Assembly (NCBI GenBank): GCA_021613535.1
Contig: CP075496.1
Coordinates: forward strand, 496,001-560,000
Reading direction: 5' to 3'
Origin: Adineta vaga
Taxonomy: Eukaryota > Animalia > Rotifera
Length of the DNA: 64,000 bases
Below the pieces are notes generated by a model, which searched no databases, was not told the DNA's origin, and was given only the letters and a program-made list of their open reading frames with translations. The translations under genes and the position numbers were made by a program. This document shows, in pieces, positions 25,201-39,335 of this stretch (positions are counted from its first letter, which is position 1; the number at the start of each line of letters is the position of its first letter).

Positions 25201-28200
25201 TTGGAAAAAAGGATGTAATCAATACTTTAATTCTTTATCAATACTTGAAAAACATTTTCATGAAATTCATTCAACAAATTTAATTGAAAATCTTCGAATA
25301 GAACCGAAAACATCTTCATCATCGTCATCATCAACAACATCAAATAGTTTTTTATTAAAATCACGTGAACGATTAATATCGATTGGTGAAGATCTTGTTT
25401 TACATTATTTAGAAAATCATCAAATTGATGAAGAAAATTCTTCCAATGAAATTCTTTGTGATTTATGTTTAAAGAAATTTTCAAGTTTATCAACATTAAA
25501 AGTTCATTATGAAGATATACATTCAATTGTTCTTTCATCACGTGCTATACAACATTGGATATTTCTATTACAAAAACTACATTCATCTCCATCATCATCA
25601 TCATCATCATCCAATAAATTAAAAAGACAATCATCATCGTTAACTGATTTAAATCAAACAAAAAAATCTCGTTATGAAAATCTTCTTTATCAAAGCAATT
25701 CCTATGATTTAACTAATTCAAATAATAAAAGACAAAGAACACGTATTACAGATGAACAATTAAGAGTTTTAAAAGAATATTTTAATATAAATAATTCTCC
25801 AAGTGATGAACAAATTTTATTAATGTCACAAAAAAGTCAATTAACAACAAAAGTTATTAAACATTGGTTTCGAAATACATTATTTAAAGAAAGACAAAAG
25901 AATAAAGATTCACCTTATAATTTTTCCAATCCACCATTAACATCAAATCAATTTGATTTAGATGAATATCAAAAGACAGGAACAATTATTAAGAGAACAA
26001 CAAATGATTCCGATTATTCAGATAATGATTTGTCTTCGAATGATGAACAAGATCTTCTTTCTGATACTGAAGATTTAAATCAACAACAACAACAATTTAA
26101 ATCACAACAAACACAACAACAACAACAACAAACATCACGTCGTGCTAATCGAACAAGATTTAGTGATCAACAATTACGTTTATTACAAGATGCATTTGAA
26201 GCAAATCCTTATCCAAAAGATGACGATTTAGAAATACTTTCACAAAAATTAAAATTAAATTCCCGTGTTATTGTTGTTTGGTTTCAAAATGCACGACAAA
26301 AAGCAAGAAAATCCTATGAAAATAATCAAAATGATTCTACAATTCCGAATCAACCAGAACAACAAATTCCACAACAAGTACAACAACAACAACAACAAAC
26401 ACAACAAGATGATGATTTATTAATAAAACAAGAAAAAGATGAAGGTTATTCTTGTAAAAATTGTTCCAAATTATTTTCACGTTTTGCTGAATTAATGAAA
26501 CATGCTAAACAATGTTCACCTTCAAATAATAATCAAAAGAAAAGTTCATCAAATCATAAAATAAAAACTGAAAATTTTGAATTAAATTCTTCTTCAACAA
26601 TTGATCCATTATCATCTTATCAAATGTTAATTAATGCAGCAACATTAGCCCAACAACAACAACAACAAACATATCCATCAACATTTAATTCTTCATCAAA
26701 AAAAGATAATTACTGTGAACAATGTGACAAAACATTTACTTCATCGAATGAATTTAATGAACATCAAACATTACATATGCAAGCACTTCTCAATGCTGCA
26801 GCTTTCTTTCCACTTGCTGCTTATCATCCTGCTGCAGCTGCAGCAGCTGCTGCAATGGCAGCATTATCTTCACAATTATTTCCTAATCCTCCAACACCAA
26901 ATTTACTTAGTGTATCAACACCACCAACACCTCCTCAATCATCATCAGTAAGATTAAATAGTATCAATGATTTAGCAAAAGCAAGTGTATCATCATCAAT
27001 TGCATCAGAAGATGATTCATCAAATGAAATGGAAGAAGAAGATGGTGGTACAAGTATTGATTCAAATGATGAAAATCGAAAGATGTTAAATGGAAATAAT
27101 GGTAAAAGAAATCGAACAACAATTTTACCTGAACAACAAGATTATTTAATGTCAAAATATTCAATTGAATCAAATCCATCACGAAAAATGTTAGAAGAAA
27201 TATCTTCTGAAGTTAAATTAAAAAAACGTGTTGTTCAAGTTTGGTTTCAAAATACACGTGCAAGAGAAAGAAAAGGAAATATTAAAATTGATTTTAATTC
27301 TGATTTAATTAATAAAAAATGTCTTCATTGTTCATTAACATTTAAATCAAAATTAACATTTGAAAATCATTTATTAACAAAACATTCAGATAAATATCAA
27401 ATAAAAGATGATATTGATTATGATTTATTTCCAACAAATTCATTTTTAACTGATGAACTTCCATTAGATTTATCATCAAAAACAACATTCATTAAAAAAG
27501 ATAAAAAATATGAGAATGATCAACAATTAATTAATGAATGGAATGATTCAAGTTCACAATCAAATGATTCAACAGATCATTTTAAATTTCAATTTCATAA
27601 ACAACATCAACAACAACAACAACACAAAGTTCTTTCCAATGGACATTTATCACCAACTGGTTCAATACAATCATCATCAAATGGTATTAATGGACAACGA
27701 AGATTTCGTACACAAATGAGTCCATTACAAATAAAATTAATGAAAGCAATTTTTATGGAATATCGTACACCAACAATGCCTGAATGTGAATTATTAGGTA
27801 AAGAAATTGATTTACAAAAACGTGTTGTACAAGTTTGGTTTCAAAATGCTCGTGCTAAAGAAAAGAAAAATCCAAATTTCTTCAAATCAGATCTTCCAGA
27901 TGAATATCAACCAACGAATGAACAATGTAAATTATGTCAATGCAAATATACATTACAAAATCCTCAAAGAGTTCGTTTCTTCTTTCTTTTCTTTTTCATT
28001 ATAGAATATTTTCTTTTCTTTTCTTTCTTTCATAGGATCATTTATTTACAACAAAACATATTGAACATATTCGTTGTATTTTATCCAAACAAGTTTCATC
28101 GAATGTTTCAACAATAAAAGATGATCAAACGATGAAAAAGAACAGTATCAATATCAAATTAGAATTAGATAATTCACCAACATCAGTATTAGATAAATCA

Positions 28201-28904
28201 ACGAAAGATGAACAAAATCAATTGATGTCTTATTTAAATCTAATGCATCTTATGCCACTTGGTTTGTTCTTTACTTTTCTTTCTTCTTCTCTTAATTTCT
28301 ATTTTCTTTTTTCTTCTTAAAGGAATGGATCCATATAATTATGGTTTAATGGATCCAAATATTCATGGCACACCAATGTTTATGTTACAATTACCATCAG
28401 ATGCTTTAACTAAAATTGTTTCATTAAGTAAATCAGATGCTCATTTAACACGTGCTCAATATACACAAGATGGAAAAGATCTTCAACAATTAATTGATAA
28501 TGGTCATGAAAATGTCGATACTCAAACAATTGATGTTGGTTATTCTTGTAAAAGATGTAATCTTGTTTGTAAGTCAATTAGAATTACCTTTTTTTAAATA
28601 AGCATATCGAAATGAAATCTTTTTCTTCCTAGGGCCATTATATGAATCATGTCGATGTCATGCATTACTTTGTTGGCAAATATCACCATCAACATTACCT
28701 GTTTCTATAAATACACGTGAAGATTTAAATAATTTATCAGGTTATATATTTAAAATTGAACAATTAGCATATCGATGTTTATTATGTAAAACATCATGTT
28801 CAACAATATCTGAATATGAAAAACATATCAAAGAAGATATTCATTTAAAAAAACTAAAGCAACAACAACAACATTCAAATAGTTCAATTGAAGAGAATGA
28901 TTGA
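22207..28904 (+). CDS. ZFHX: Zinc finger homeobox protein (ZFHX3/4, zfh2 ortholog) with four homeodomains
   Basis: [32 protein letters not shown]; [41 protein letters not shown]; homeodomains [50 protein letters not shown]; PLDLS motif; stop at 28902-28904. Confidence 0.93.
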
Positions 28905-29624
28905 TATTATTATTATTATTATATACAAAACAAATAATAAAAAAAACTTTGTTCGGCATCGTGCTTTTAGCATTCCTCCATTTATCGTCTTTTTCTTCTT
29001 TTTTTTTCGTTTTTTTCTTTTTTTCTTTTTGTATTTGTTTTTGTGTCTGTGCGTAGCGTTCTCGCTCGCTTCCATTATCAACTAATTGAGTAGATACCAC
29101 TCGAAAGATTTTTTTCTTCTTCTTTTAATATTATTCAACAAACGAAAGATAATGTCAACAAAATCATCTTTTAGAAAAAAAACAATGAAAGTATATTGGA
29201 CATATTCCATGCAATGAAAGAAAAAATTAAGTTAATGAAATTCGATTTATGAGAATCATAGCGAGAAGAAATCGTTCTCTCCTTCAAAATTCATGTTTAG
29301 AAAACGATAATAATCAAAATGATAACTCAATAATGTTACTTTGAATCTTCATTAGATCTTTGAATCGAAATACTTGCTGATAATACTTTTCGATTGTACT
29401 AATGTACTAGTAAATAATAGTATAATGATTTCAAATTATAATCAATGAGATATTCTCTTAACTTTTTCAATTACAAGTATGAAAATTTATCATTCAAATG
29501 AGAGAAATGTTCGATGGGTTCAGATTTTCTTTTTCTTTTTTCTCATGTCAGTCACGATATATACGGATTATAGAATCAAGTCGTGACTTCGATAAAAGAA
29601 TCTACATGTATAAATATGTGGACG

Positions 29625-30300
29625 TAGGATATCCTAGCTCCCGATTCGAGTTTTTCCTGGGCCGTTTCGCTCATGAAACGTTTCCAACTATGCTGACCAA
29701 CTTTCCAAGTAGAACTCGATGAGCTCTACAATTTCGCATTTGGAACTTTTCCAGTCAGACCCCCTTCTTCCCGCCCAAAAGTGCCAAAATCCATGAAAAC
29801 GTGAGTTTTCCCTGGACCGATTCGCTCAAGAGCTTCTTCCAATGAAACAAACATTGGTTACAGATAGATCTTGATGGAATGGTATTAACGAAAATCATCG
29901 AATCTTTAGCACAAAATTGATTATTGATGTACCAGATGATTATGAACCAATAAAACACTCGCGTGCTACACATACACGAAAACAAGAATCAGCAACAACT
30001 GATATTAGTCTACCTGAAGCAAAAAAAAAGAAAGTTAAAGGTATAAAATGTGCTAATCGTTGTGGAAAATATATCATTGATGATCCAGAAGAAATCCACG
30101 CCATACAATGTTTTCATCAGCAGGAATACTATGATTGGATTGAAGTTAATTGTTCTCGTTGGTTACGCAATGTATGTCGTGTAAAATTAAGAATATCTAT
30201 AGATACATTATCATGGTTTTGTGAAGATTGTATTGACATGCACGCAAACGAATAATTGATTAGCGTTTTATTTTTTTGTTTGATATTGTATATAGTATGT
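29625..30300 (+). mobile_element. DNA transposon remnant with C-terminal PHD-like zinc finger ORF (29917-30255)
   Basis: GC-rich segment with TAGAACTCGATGAGCTCTAC palindrome-like motif, then an ORF with a basic patch and CxxxC...C...CSRW...WFCEDC, as found at transposase C-termini. Confidence 0.4.
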
Positions 30301-30350
30301 TTACCATACTGTGGTAACTATTAGTTGATGAAAATATTCTTAATTTATAG

Positions 30351-30519
30351 TCAGATAGATACAATACGGTTGAAGATTTAATCCAAATCCAACTGTATCG
30401 ATATGTTCTGATTGTTCATATAAACGAAGTCGAACATTTAAACGACTTAAATATAATGCTGTTACCAATCCACCGATACCCCCACCGATGATTGTTATAT
30501 CAGATCGGTGCGGGTGTCG
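30351..30519 (-). pseudogene. N-terminal fragment of an FAD-dependent monooxygenase (FAD_binding_3 / salicylate hydroxylase-like)
   Basis: DITIIGGGIGGLVTALYLSRLNVRLRLYEQSEHIDTVGFGLNLQPYCV*: GxGxxG Rossmann motif, YEQ and GxGxxL; truncated next to the transposon remnant. Confidence 0.75.
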
Positions 30520-31874
30520 ATATCGAACGATTCAAGTTTTTCTTCATCGTTTCTATTTTACATCGTTTTGAAGAGATTTGTTAGGCTAGCGGTTAACAAA
30601 TCAAATGGAAGATTTGAACATAATAAGAATTATCCAAGTCAACTAGAAGATAAGTCTTTAAAATAGTTTCAATCTGATTGATGCCACATTGGCAACTCAT
30701 TTGTTGGTTTTTAATAAAGTTTTCTAATTTAAAAGACAAATATTGAAGAAACGAAGCATTACCATTTGATCTTAGATAGGAAAGTTACATCATCTGCTTC
30801 ATTCGAATTGATCGTTTCTAAATAATTGATTTCGATGATCTTCATGTCGATACCTGTTCTAATCACTTCAAATGGATAAAAGTGTGAGTACAAGTAATCA
30901 TGACCCATTTCGAATTTTTCATAGTTCTCATTAGTTTGACTTGATTCTTTTCTCCCGTACTAAAAAGTTTTTCGTCTTTAAGCAGTTGTATCGATATAGC
31001 TTGATGGAAATGATGATTCAGAATTTTGATTTTTGTTTAAACTAATCGATATACATGAATTAATAAAATACTTTTTATCTTTGTCAACTTTAATTGTATA
31101 TTATGTAGATCTTTTAGAGTAAAAATAAATCCTTTAGGATCTTCTTTATATTAATCAACATTAGTCCAAGATATTCTCTATTTTTACTCATTATAATAAT
31201 CTTTGTAGATCCTTGGATATCTAAACATCGATGAAAATCTTCTGGATTAAAATCCTCTAATTTCATTTGATAATCAGTCGGAGGAGGAAATGAATCACGA
31301 ATCATGACATAATTTATTGTAGAATTGACAAGAATTAAAGTATAATCAAATAAAAATAGTTTTGTATTACAGAATATAAGATGAGTATGTGTTTCATTAA
31401 CTTTTATTTTCTAATTTATCAAATTTTTCAAATGTAATATCACATTCATAATAAACATGTATGGACACACAATAAGTATGTTAATGAGAAGTTGTATCTG
31501 TCATTCATTCCCTTCGCCTCTTTTCAACGCAACATTCATTACGAACATCTGAACACGAAAAAAAAGCAAACTTATGTTACAAAGATGTATATACTGTGTT
31601 GACAAAACAAACTCATTCATATTTAAAATCTGCCTAGTCCAAATAGAAATTTCAATTTTGTCTAAACATATAATGAGCCAATCGGACGTCTTAATTCACC
31701 TTTAAGTTAATTCACTTATCCAGTGTGATTGAGGACATATATATGAGAATGTGCGCGAAATAAAAGAAAAGTAATGTATCGATAATTTCATTGGATGATC
31801 AATTGACATAGTCCTACTTCTAATAAATCATTTATTTCATTCTAAAATATCAAAGGTCACAAACATTAGCGAAT

Positions 31875-33559
31875 ATGGATGTATCTCATATTCATCTTCT
31901 TCATTTACCAGATGAAATATTATTGAATATTTTCAAGAAACTTGATAATACTAGTGTTCTTTATTCTCTATTTGGCATTAATAATAAACGATTGGAAAAT
32001 ATAATACGACATAGATCATTTTCTAATGTACTGAATTTTGCATCAATGATCGAAAATATTTCAATACTTGATCGATTCTGTGATTATATATTACCTCAAA
32101 TTTCTGTTAATATCAAATGTCTCATTCTTGAAGCAAAATATATAGAACGTCTTTTATTTACTGTTACTTATCCGAATTTAACTGAATTGATAATTATGCA
32201 TTATCAAAACGATGAAACATTAACTGATTATATAGGTATAGCCAAATGATTGCAATCTGAATATAGATAATATAATATGTGTGTTTTTATTTAGATAATT
32301 TATCGTTTCGACATATTTTAAAACAACAAATAACAAAACTTGATTTGGTATTCGATTGTAAAACGTCTGCATTAAGATCTTCGCAAATTATTCTAAACTC
32401 AATATATGCACAAATTTTTGTTGAAGGTGAAAGATTACAACGTTTAAGTATTACTTCATCTAATGGTTTGATATATACAAGTTTATCACTTCGTTATTTA
32501 CCAACGAACATCTTTACTTTTCCAACTCTTACTTATTTACATATTAATGTACGAACGTTCACTGATCTTCTCTATTTACTTGATGGTCGATTGAAACAAT
32601 TACATACTTTAATTGTTCGAATTTATTCAATGGCAATCGATCCATCAATTGTATATAACACAGTAAATATATTCGATTTTTTAAAATGAATAAAACTAAA
32701 TATTTTGTAGGATGATTTACCTAATCTGAAATGTTTTTCATTTATATATTATTACGAAATTCCACACCCGCATAATATTTTATTTCATCTTCATCGTATG
32801 AAAAACTTGGAAAGACTAACTTTATATTTACGTATCTTCTTCGAAACTACTTTCATAGATCCAATTGATCTTATCAATCAATTTATAATAGATAAATCAC
32901 AGGTTCATTCTTTCAATTTTTATATTAGTACAAGAAATAAGAAAAATGATTTGATAGATTATTTATCTAAAAATGATATTAAAGAAAATTACATGAAAAA
33001 CATCAAATATCAAGAGATATCAAATTTTGTTAAATATTATGGTCGTTCTGGTATAAATCATATGTTCACACTTCTTTTTCAATTTGAAAATCTTCAAGAT
33101 GTTGGAAATATATTTCCAAATATTCTATTTAACAATGTTATTGATTTACTTATATCTGATGAAATTCCATTTGAACATGAATTTTTTCAACGAATAAATA
33201 AAAGTTTTCCAAATCTTCGATCACTCACTGTAATCAATACAACACCACGATTATATGACACGGAAGCCCCATGTGATGATAATATTATTCATTCATATGA
33301 AATAGTTGAATATCTACATTTAACTTATCTTGATATTTTAAGAGTAAGTAATTATTATATCGAACAATTTCTCAATGAAACTAAAATACGTTTACCATGT
33401 TTAATTGAATTAAAACTTGATTATGAAAGATTAAAAATAATTACCAAAGATTTTACACGAGAAAGAACACGACGTAATTGTGCAAATGTACAACGATTAA
33501 TTCATATTAGAACAATTGCTGGTTCGAAAGATTTTTATCATTATTTTCCTTTATTGTAA
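31875..33559 (+). CDS. F-box / LRR-like protein (3 exons)
   Basis: N-terminal LLHLPDEILLNIFKKLDNTSVLYSL F-box; exons ~31875-32235, 32295-32662, 32711-33559; C-terminal TKDFTRERTRRNCANV...FYHYFPLL. Confidence 0.85.
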
Positions 33560-34327
33560 ATTGTTTACTTATACTTTAATAATAAAAAGATATTGGAAGG
33601 ACAAAAAAAGAAAAAAAAACAGTTCAAATATATTTTGTTAAGAGAAATCAATTCTCTTTGTTCTTTTCTTCTCGTTGTAGACGTTCGTAATTATCTAAAA
33701 AAAAAAGAAGATAATTAGTTATATAAATCCAATTGAAATATAAAGGAAATTGAAACTACTTAACATGATCGAGATAATTGACAAGATTATGCGCAGAAAA
33801 CAGTGTTGAATACTAATTAACAGTTAACTAATATCAACAGAATTTAATCTGGATATCAAACATATTCTTTGTTTTTCACTTTTCAAAGATAATTTAATAT
33901 TAATTCAGAAGTGAAAATTTGTTATTATTTCGTTTTTAGTATAATAAGAAGGACGTTATATTCCTGATATTTCTCATTTCACGTTTATTCTACGCGTACA
34001 AATTGTGAACTCTGTTATGGTGCAATAAAATAAATAATACTTATAGATGGTGATATAATTATCTTCTCATTGTATATCCATCGTTGTTATTTGTTTCTTT
34101 TTCTTTTATCATTCTCTCTTGGGAGAAAGAAGAAAAAACACAAGAAAAGAAGAATTTTTCAAATACAAATATCGTTAATAATCACGGAGAAAAGTTTTTC
34201 ATTATAATTAGTTCTGATAATTCTTCTTAGATTACTAATATTTAAATCTAGTATTGAACTTTTCAGACAGTTAGCTGCTCAAAAATGAATTAATATAAAA
34301 ATGTCTTTGATATTGAGATATATCATA

Positions 34328-34479
34328 CCTAATTCTACTCTTCCATTAGCTAAAGCAGTATCGTTTATTTCTTTTTGCCATTTTTACTCAGCTAATTTTG
34401 CTTGTAATTGTTCTATCTGATTTTCAGTAGATTTTATATCAGCATCAAGTTCTTGAATACGACTTTCATTGATAGCAAT
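34328..34479 (-). pseudogene. Coiled-coil exon relic with internal stop
   Basis: AG/GT-bounded segment reading IAINESRIQELDADIKSTENQIEQLQAKLAE*KWQKEINDTALANGRVEL. Confidence 0.35.
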
Positions 34480-34631
34480 CTAAAAAAGCAAGTGAGTTAT
34501 AAACATGATTTTTCTATTTTTTACATCATTTTTGGCGTTTTGGATGAAAGTTGCTTAGTCTTTACGATCGTTCATCTTTTCTTTCTAAAACAAAGTATTT
34601 AATCAATAATGACTTGTATAAATTAAGTGAG

Positions 34632-35053
34632 TAGTGTAGAAATCGTTAATTCGATTCGAGTATTAAACTTCTTCTTCAACTTCTAAACTTATAAAGTTAT
34701 AATTCGAGTACTCGAGTTTTAAACTGTCCAGCTCGAAAAAAGCTGGCTAGGTGAAACCATGATTGAGCACTTCGCTTCTACACCTGCACACTCACTTTGC
34801 TTGTTCCGTTGCAACACCCACACCCACACCCTCTGTTTTTTTTTAACTGGTAGTTTGTGATCAATGAAGGAGAGATGAGCTGACCGAGCCGTTAGTTCTG
34901 GAAAGCCAGATCCGTATCTGTTTGGTTTTCATAAGATGAGTGGAATAGTTTAAAACTCGAGTACTCGAATTATAACTTTATAAGTTTATAAGTTGAATAG
35001 TTTAAAACTCGAATTAAAAGTTGAATAGTTGAAACGTCTTTTCGACTAATACA
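34632..35053. mobile_element. Foldback MITE with ~51-bp inverted repeats
   Basis: 34675-34725 is the reverse complement of 34947-34997 (1 mismatch); element flanked by 17-bp direct repeat TGTAT(A/G)AATTAAGTGAG. Confidence 0.75.
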
Positions 35054-36099
35054 TGTATGAATTAAGTGAGAGTCTTACTCGTATATGGATATTTTGAAAA
35101 TGAGTAGAGATTAAAACAAAATATGTATATATAAAAAGCGTAGAAGAATGTAAAATAAGAAAAAGCAAAGTACATTTCGAATTATTTATTTTTTATTCGT
35201 GAGAATATATATCATTCTTCTTATAATCTTGAAAATATCAAATAATACTCGTTGAAAGCGTGCAAATTAGTTATAAATAATATTTCAAATAATAAATGAA
35301 TACTTGTCGTAGTATCTTAGTTTTATATTTAAACCTTATTCGATAAATTTCGAATATATGCTGTTACTAACCGTTCATTTGATAATATATAAAATTCAAT
35401 AAAAAATATTCTTGAAAAGTGTTAGTAAAAGAAATTGCTTGATCTCTATCTATCCATGTGGATCCAAAACATGATTTTTCATCAATTGACAAATATTGCG
35501 ATGACGTCAATTTTATCTCGTCCTCAACAAATTCACACAAAAAAGAAAAGGTAATAATATTTTATTTTAAATCCTTGGTAAAAGAATAAAGTTAATACAT
35601 TATATTGTTCATTATTTCATGAAAACGATTACATTATGACAATCTAACACGGATTAAGAAGTATTCAGAAGTTTGGTATTCTTACGGGTGAATCAGAATT
35701 TCATCTAAGAGATTGTATTAATACTCTTTCTTAGTTTAATCGTATTTATATGTTTCTATTTTAATTGTTTATCATTGAATCTTATTTATTATTATGTTTT
35801 TGGATGATTGTGATTTTTAATAAATTTTACGCTTTAAAACTTATATTTTACTCTTTTCTTAAACTTAGGTATAATAATAAAACCAAAATATCGATAGCAT
35901 CGAAAATGAGACGTGAATTAAATAAAGAAACAGAATATAAGATTCTAGCAAAAATTTTTGATATAAATGATGTGTCCAACTTGTTGTTAGAATATACAAG
36001 CAGTTGAATCTAAACATGATCAATCCAGCACCGGGAAATAAGCGTCAAAATTTCAATAAAACAAATAATATTCCGATTATAAAAATAATATTGCTATTA

Positions 36100-36252
36100 T
36101 TTTCAAATACAAAGTACAAACTACAAGTTTTTGTACTTAAGTAAAAGTATCAAAGTATTTCACTGAAGTAAAAGTATAAGTATCAAGTAATATTTTGCAA
36201 GTTCAAGTAAAATAATTTTACTTGAGGTACTTGTACTCGTCCTACCTCTGCC
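36100..36252. mobile_element. hAT-like MITE end with AAGTA subterminal repeats
   Basis: Clustered AAGTAC/AAAAGTA repeats ending in CCTACCTCTG (reverse complement CAGAGGTAGG). Confidence 0.4.
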
Positions 36253-36522
36253 ATAGATCAACGAACTTAAAAATTCTGCAATAGAAAAAATCTTTAAGGA
36301 AGATTGACTCTTCAGTTCTGATGAATATAGTCGCGCTCTTGTTCAATTTTGCGGACTTGTATCACTATAGAATCGAATATAAAGTTGATAAACGAAGAAT
36401 TATTTTCATTTATCTACAATTGAATTTAATTTAAAAAAGTTAATATTTGAATATAAAAAAGAAGCTAAAGAAAAAGAATCGTTCATAAATTGACGACGAA
36501 AGACGATTTCCGGACAGTTGCA

Positions 36523-39335
36523 TCATGTACTTGTAGAGGCGGCTACCTTCTTCTTATTATTTGCTTGATCTTTATTGGCAGATATTGATTTGGCTAAATT
36601 GGCTTCTAATCTCGAACGCATTAAACGATAAATAAGTGCTGATTTATTTGTTGAACCAGTTAAATCTTTTAAACTATATAAATCATCAAATTCCCATGGA
36701 TATACTTTATTATTTGATTTGTCTTTCATTTTTAATAATTTTTCAGTAGGTGAAAGAGAATTTGTTCGAATTTTTGCTGAATTTGGACGATTTCTATTAA
36801 GTTTTTCTAAACTAATTCCTTGATTTGATGAACGAATCTCATTTATATTTGTTGTTACCGATGATACATCAGATGAATTTCCAAGTGATGTCTGAGATGA
36901 TCTTTCTACAAGATTAGTTGTTTCTCGTGTTAATTGTTGTTGTTGTTCACCAATATCTTTTTGTTCTTGTTGTCGTATTTTAAGCCATGTTCCTAAGATA
37001 AAGAAAATTTTCAATAAAATAAAATAACTTAAAAATCTTACCGAGTGTTTTCGTATCTACAACAGTAAGTTGTCGTCCACTAATAAGCCAATTTTCTTGT
37101 TGTCGATAAGTTGAAGGAGATGTAGGAGATGAATGAGAAGAAGTTGATGCAACTGCCCCGTGTCCCTATGTTTGAACTGTTTGAATGTGTTTCGCGGGCG
37201 ATGGAGATTTTGAAACAAGTACAAGACTTTTCATTCCACCAAAGCCTAATCGATCTCTTTGAGTTTTATCTAAATTTTCCCAATCTTCTGCAATAACAGT
37301 TGCTGGTTTTAACATTTCAAAATTTGATTTAAATCTTTGGATCGTTTGATATCTCATAACCATTGTATCATTGGGTGATGAAGAATGATTTCCTGGTGGT
37401 GTTGTTGTTGTTGGTGATGATGATGATACAAAGGATTCTAATGAACGATTTAATTTCGCTCGTTCATGATGTAAACGAGTTGAATTGATTGGTGGTGAAG
37501 GTTTTTGTGTTACAGATGTTTGTTGATCAGTTATTTTAGGTAAAGTTTTAGGAGACGTTGGTGGAGAATTATTTGTATTTAGTTTTGCTGGTTGTGAAAC
37601 AGGTGCAGAATTATTATTTGTATTTGATCTAGTTATCGGAGAAATAGATGATGGAAGATTCTTTTTTGTATTATCTGTTGTTGTTGTTCGTTTTTGATCC
37701 AAATATGGTAATGAACCTTTTCTTTCTAATTCATTATAAATACAACGAAAACCTTTTATTGATCTTAATGGAAATATTCGTTGATTTTGACGAATTTTAT
37801 CAAAACATTCAATTGATAATACTAAAGTAAATTCTAATAGAAAATAAATTTACAATAATAAAAATATTCTTACAAATCGATTCTTGAACAACAGGTGGAA
37901 TAGCTTGAAGTAGTGTATTTGTATTTGTTTGTAAAGCAGGATTAACATTAACTTCAATTAACCAAACTTTCATATTTTCATCAATCATAAAATCATAACC
38001 AAATAAACCAAAACATCCAACACGTTTTTTCAATCTCATTCGAATACTTTCAATTATATTTAACATTATACGTTGAATAATTTTCTAAAATTTTCAAAAT
38101 GAATCTTATTTTTTCTTCATTTAATAAAACTTACAGGTAAAATATTTAAAACCCAATCTTTTTCTACATTTTTATTTGGTGCAATATTTTCATTAATATA
38201 TTCACTAAAAAATATCTATTTAAAATGAAAATAATCTCAAATAAAAATACCAACTTGAATTGTTCCATTGTCCAAGATGTTTCTTCTTTATGTTCATAAT
38301 ATTTTGGATCTTTCTTTTGCATATACTAAAATAAAAAAAATCATTTAATCAAATTGAAAATCATTTCAATAAGAAATACTTGATTAGTCAGATGAGTAAG
38401 AAGATTTCCATCATTAGCATCAAAATCAAACATTGAAAGTCTAATATAACCTTTATGATAAAGAACAATTAATGGTTTAACACTTGATATAAGCATATAA
38501 CAACGAATATCAAATTTTTTTCCATGAATTAATAATGGATTCATAATATAACTAAAAATTTAATTACAATGGGTAAAAATTTTCTAAAGAAAAAACAAAC
38601 CGTTGAACAATTCTTTTCATTGGTTTAACTGACATTTGTTTTTTCTTATCCATTGCATCAAGTTCAGCAAATTTTGTTTTAAAATTTTCCATATCTCGAA
38701 CAAGATAAATTCCTTTACCTTGATTAAGTCCACTTGGTTTACAAATCCAAACATCACCGGCTAAAATACAATTTAGAAAAGAAAATGATTTAATATTTAT
38801 AAACAACAACATACGTTTATGAATACTAAAAAGAGTATCTCGATCATTTTTTTCATCTAATTTATAAGTATCAGGAACAAATTCATTTAAAGATAGAAAA
38901 TTTGGTGGACGTCTATTTAAAGATGAAGTCACTTTCTCATAAGTTTGTAATGATTGCCATAATTGTAATTTAGTTGTAAAATAATCTTCACCTTGAATAT
39001 GATTAACTAATTGTTCACCATCTTTAAATGCATTCCAATTTATACTTGAACTACATTGAACCCATTTAAATTTATAATCATCTGTTCTTTCTAATTGTCG
39101 TTCATATCCAACTGATGTTAAAATACTTTCAATTCTGAATAAAAGAAAACAAAAAATGAGATTTTTGAAAAGAAAACAATTTTTACAATTCAGGATTATT
39201 TCCTTGTCCAATATAACATTTCGGTAAAGAATCGTTAGAAAGTGGATGTGGTTCAGGTTTTTTTGTTGCTTTTGATTCAGTTGTTAAGACATTGGGAGGA
39301 TCAGTTGGTGTTGTTGACTGATGTTCTTCAGCCAT
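36523..39335 (-). CDS. TTLL10: Tubulin glycylase TTLL10-like
   Basis: QLVNHIQGEDYFTTKLQL, FVPDTYKLD, WICKPSGLNQGKGIYL, NPLLIHGKKFDIRCYMLI, HLTNQ, GLFGYDFMIDENMKVWLIEVNVNPAL. Short form stops at 37166; long form extends to 36523. Confidence 0.88.

Noticed and set aside
26080-26850. (CAA)n and (GCW)n repeats
   Set aside because: Ordinary polyQ/polyA tracts inside ZFHX, not separate elements.
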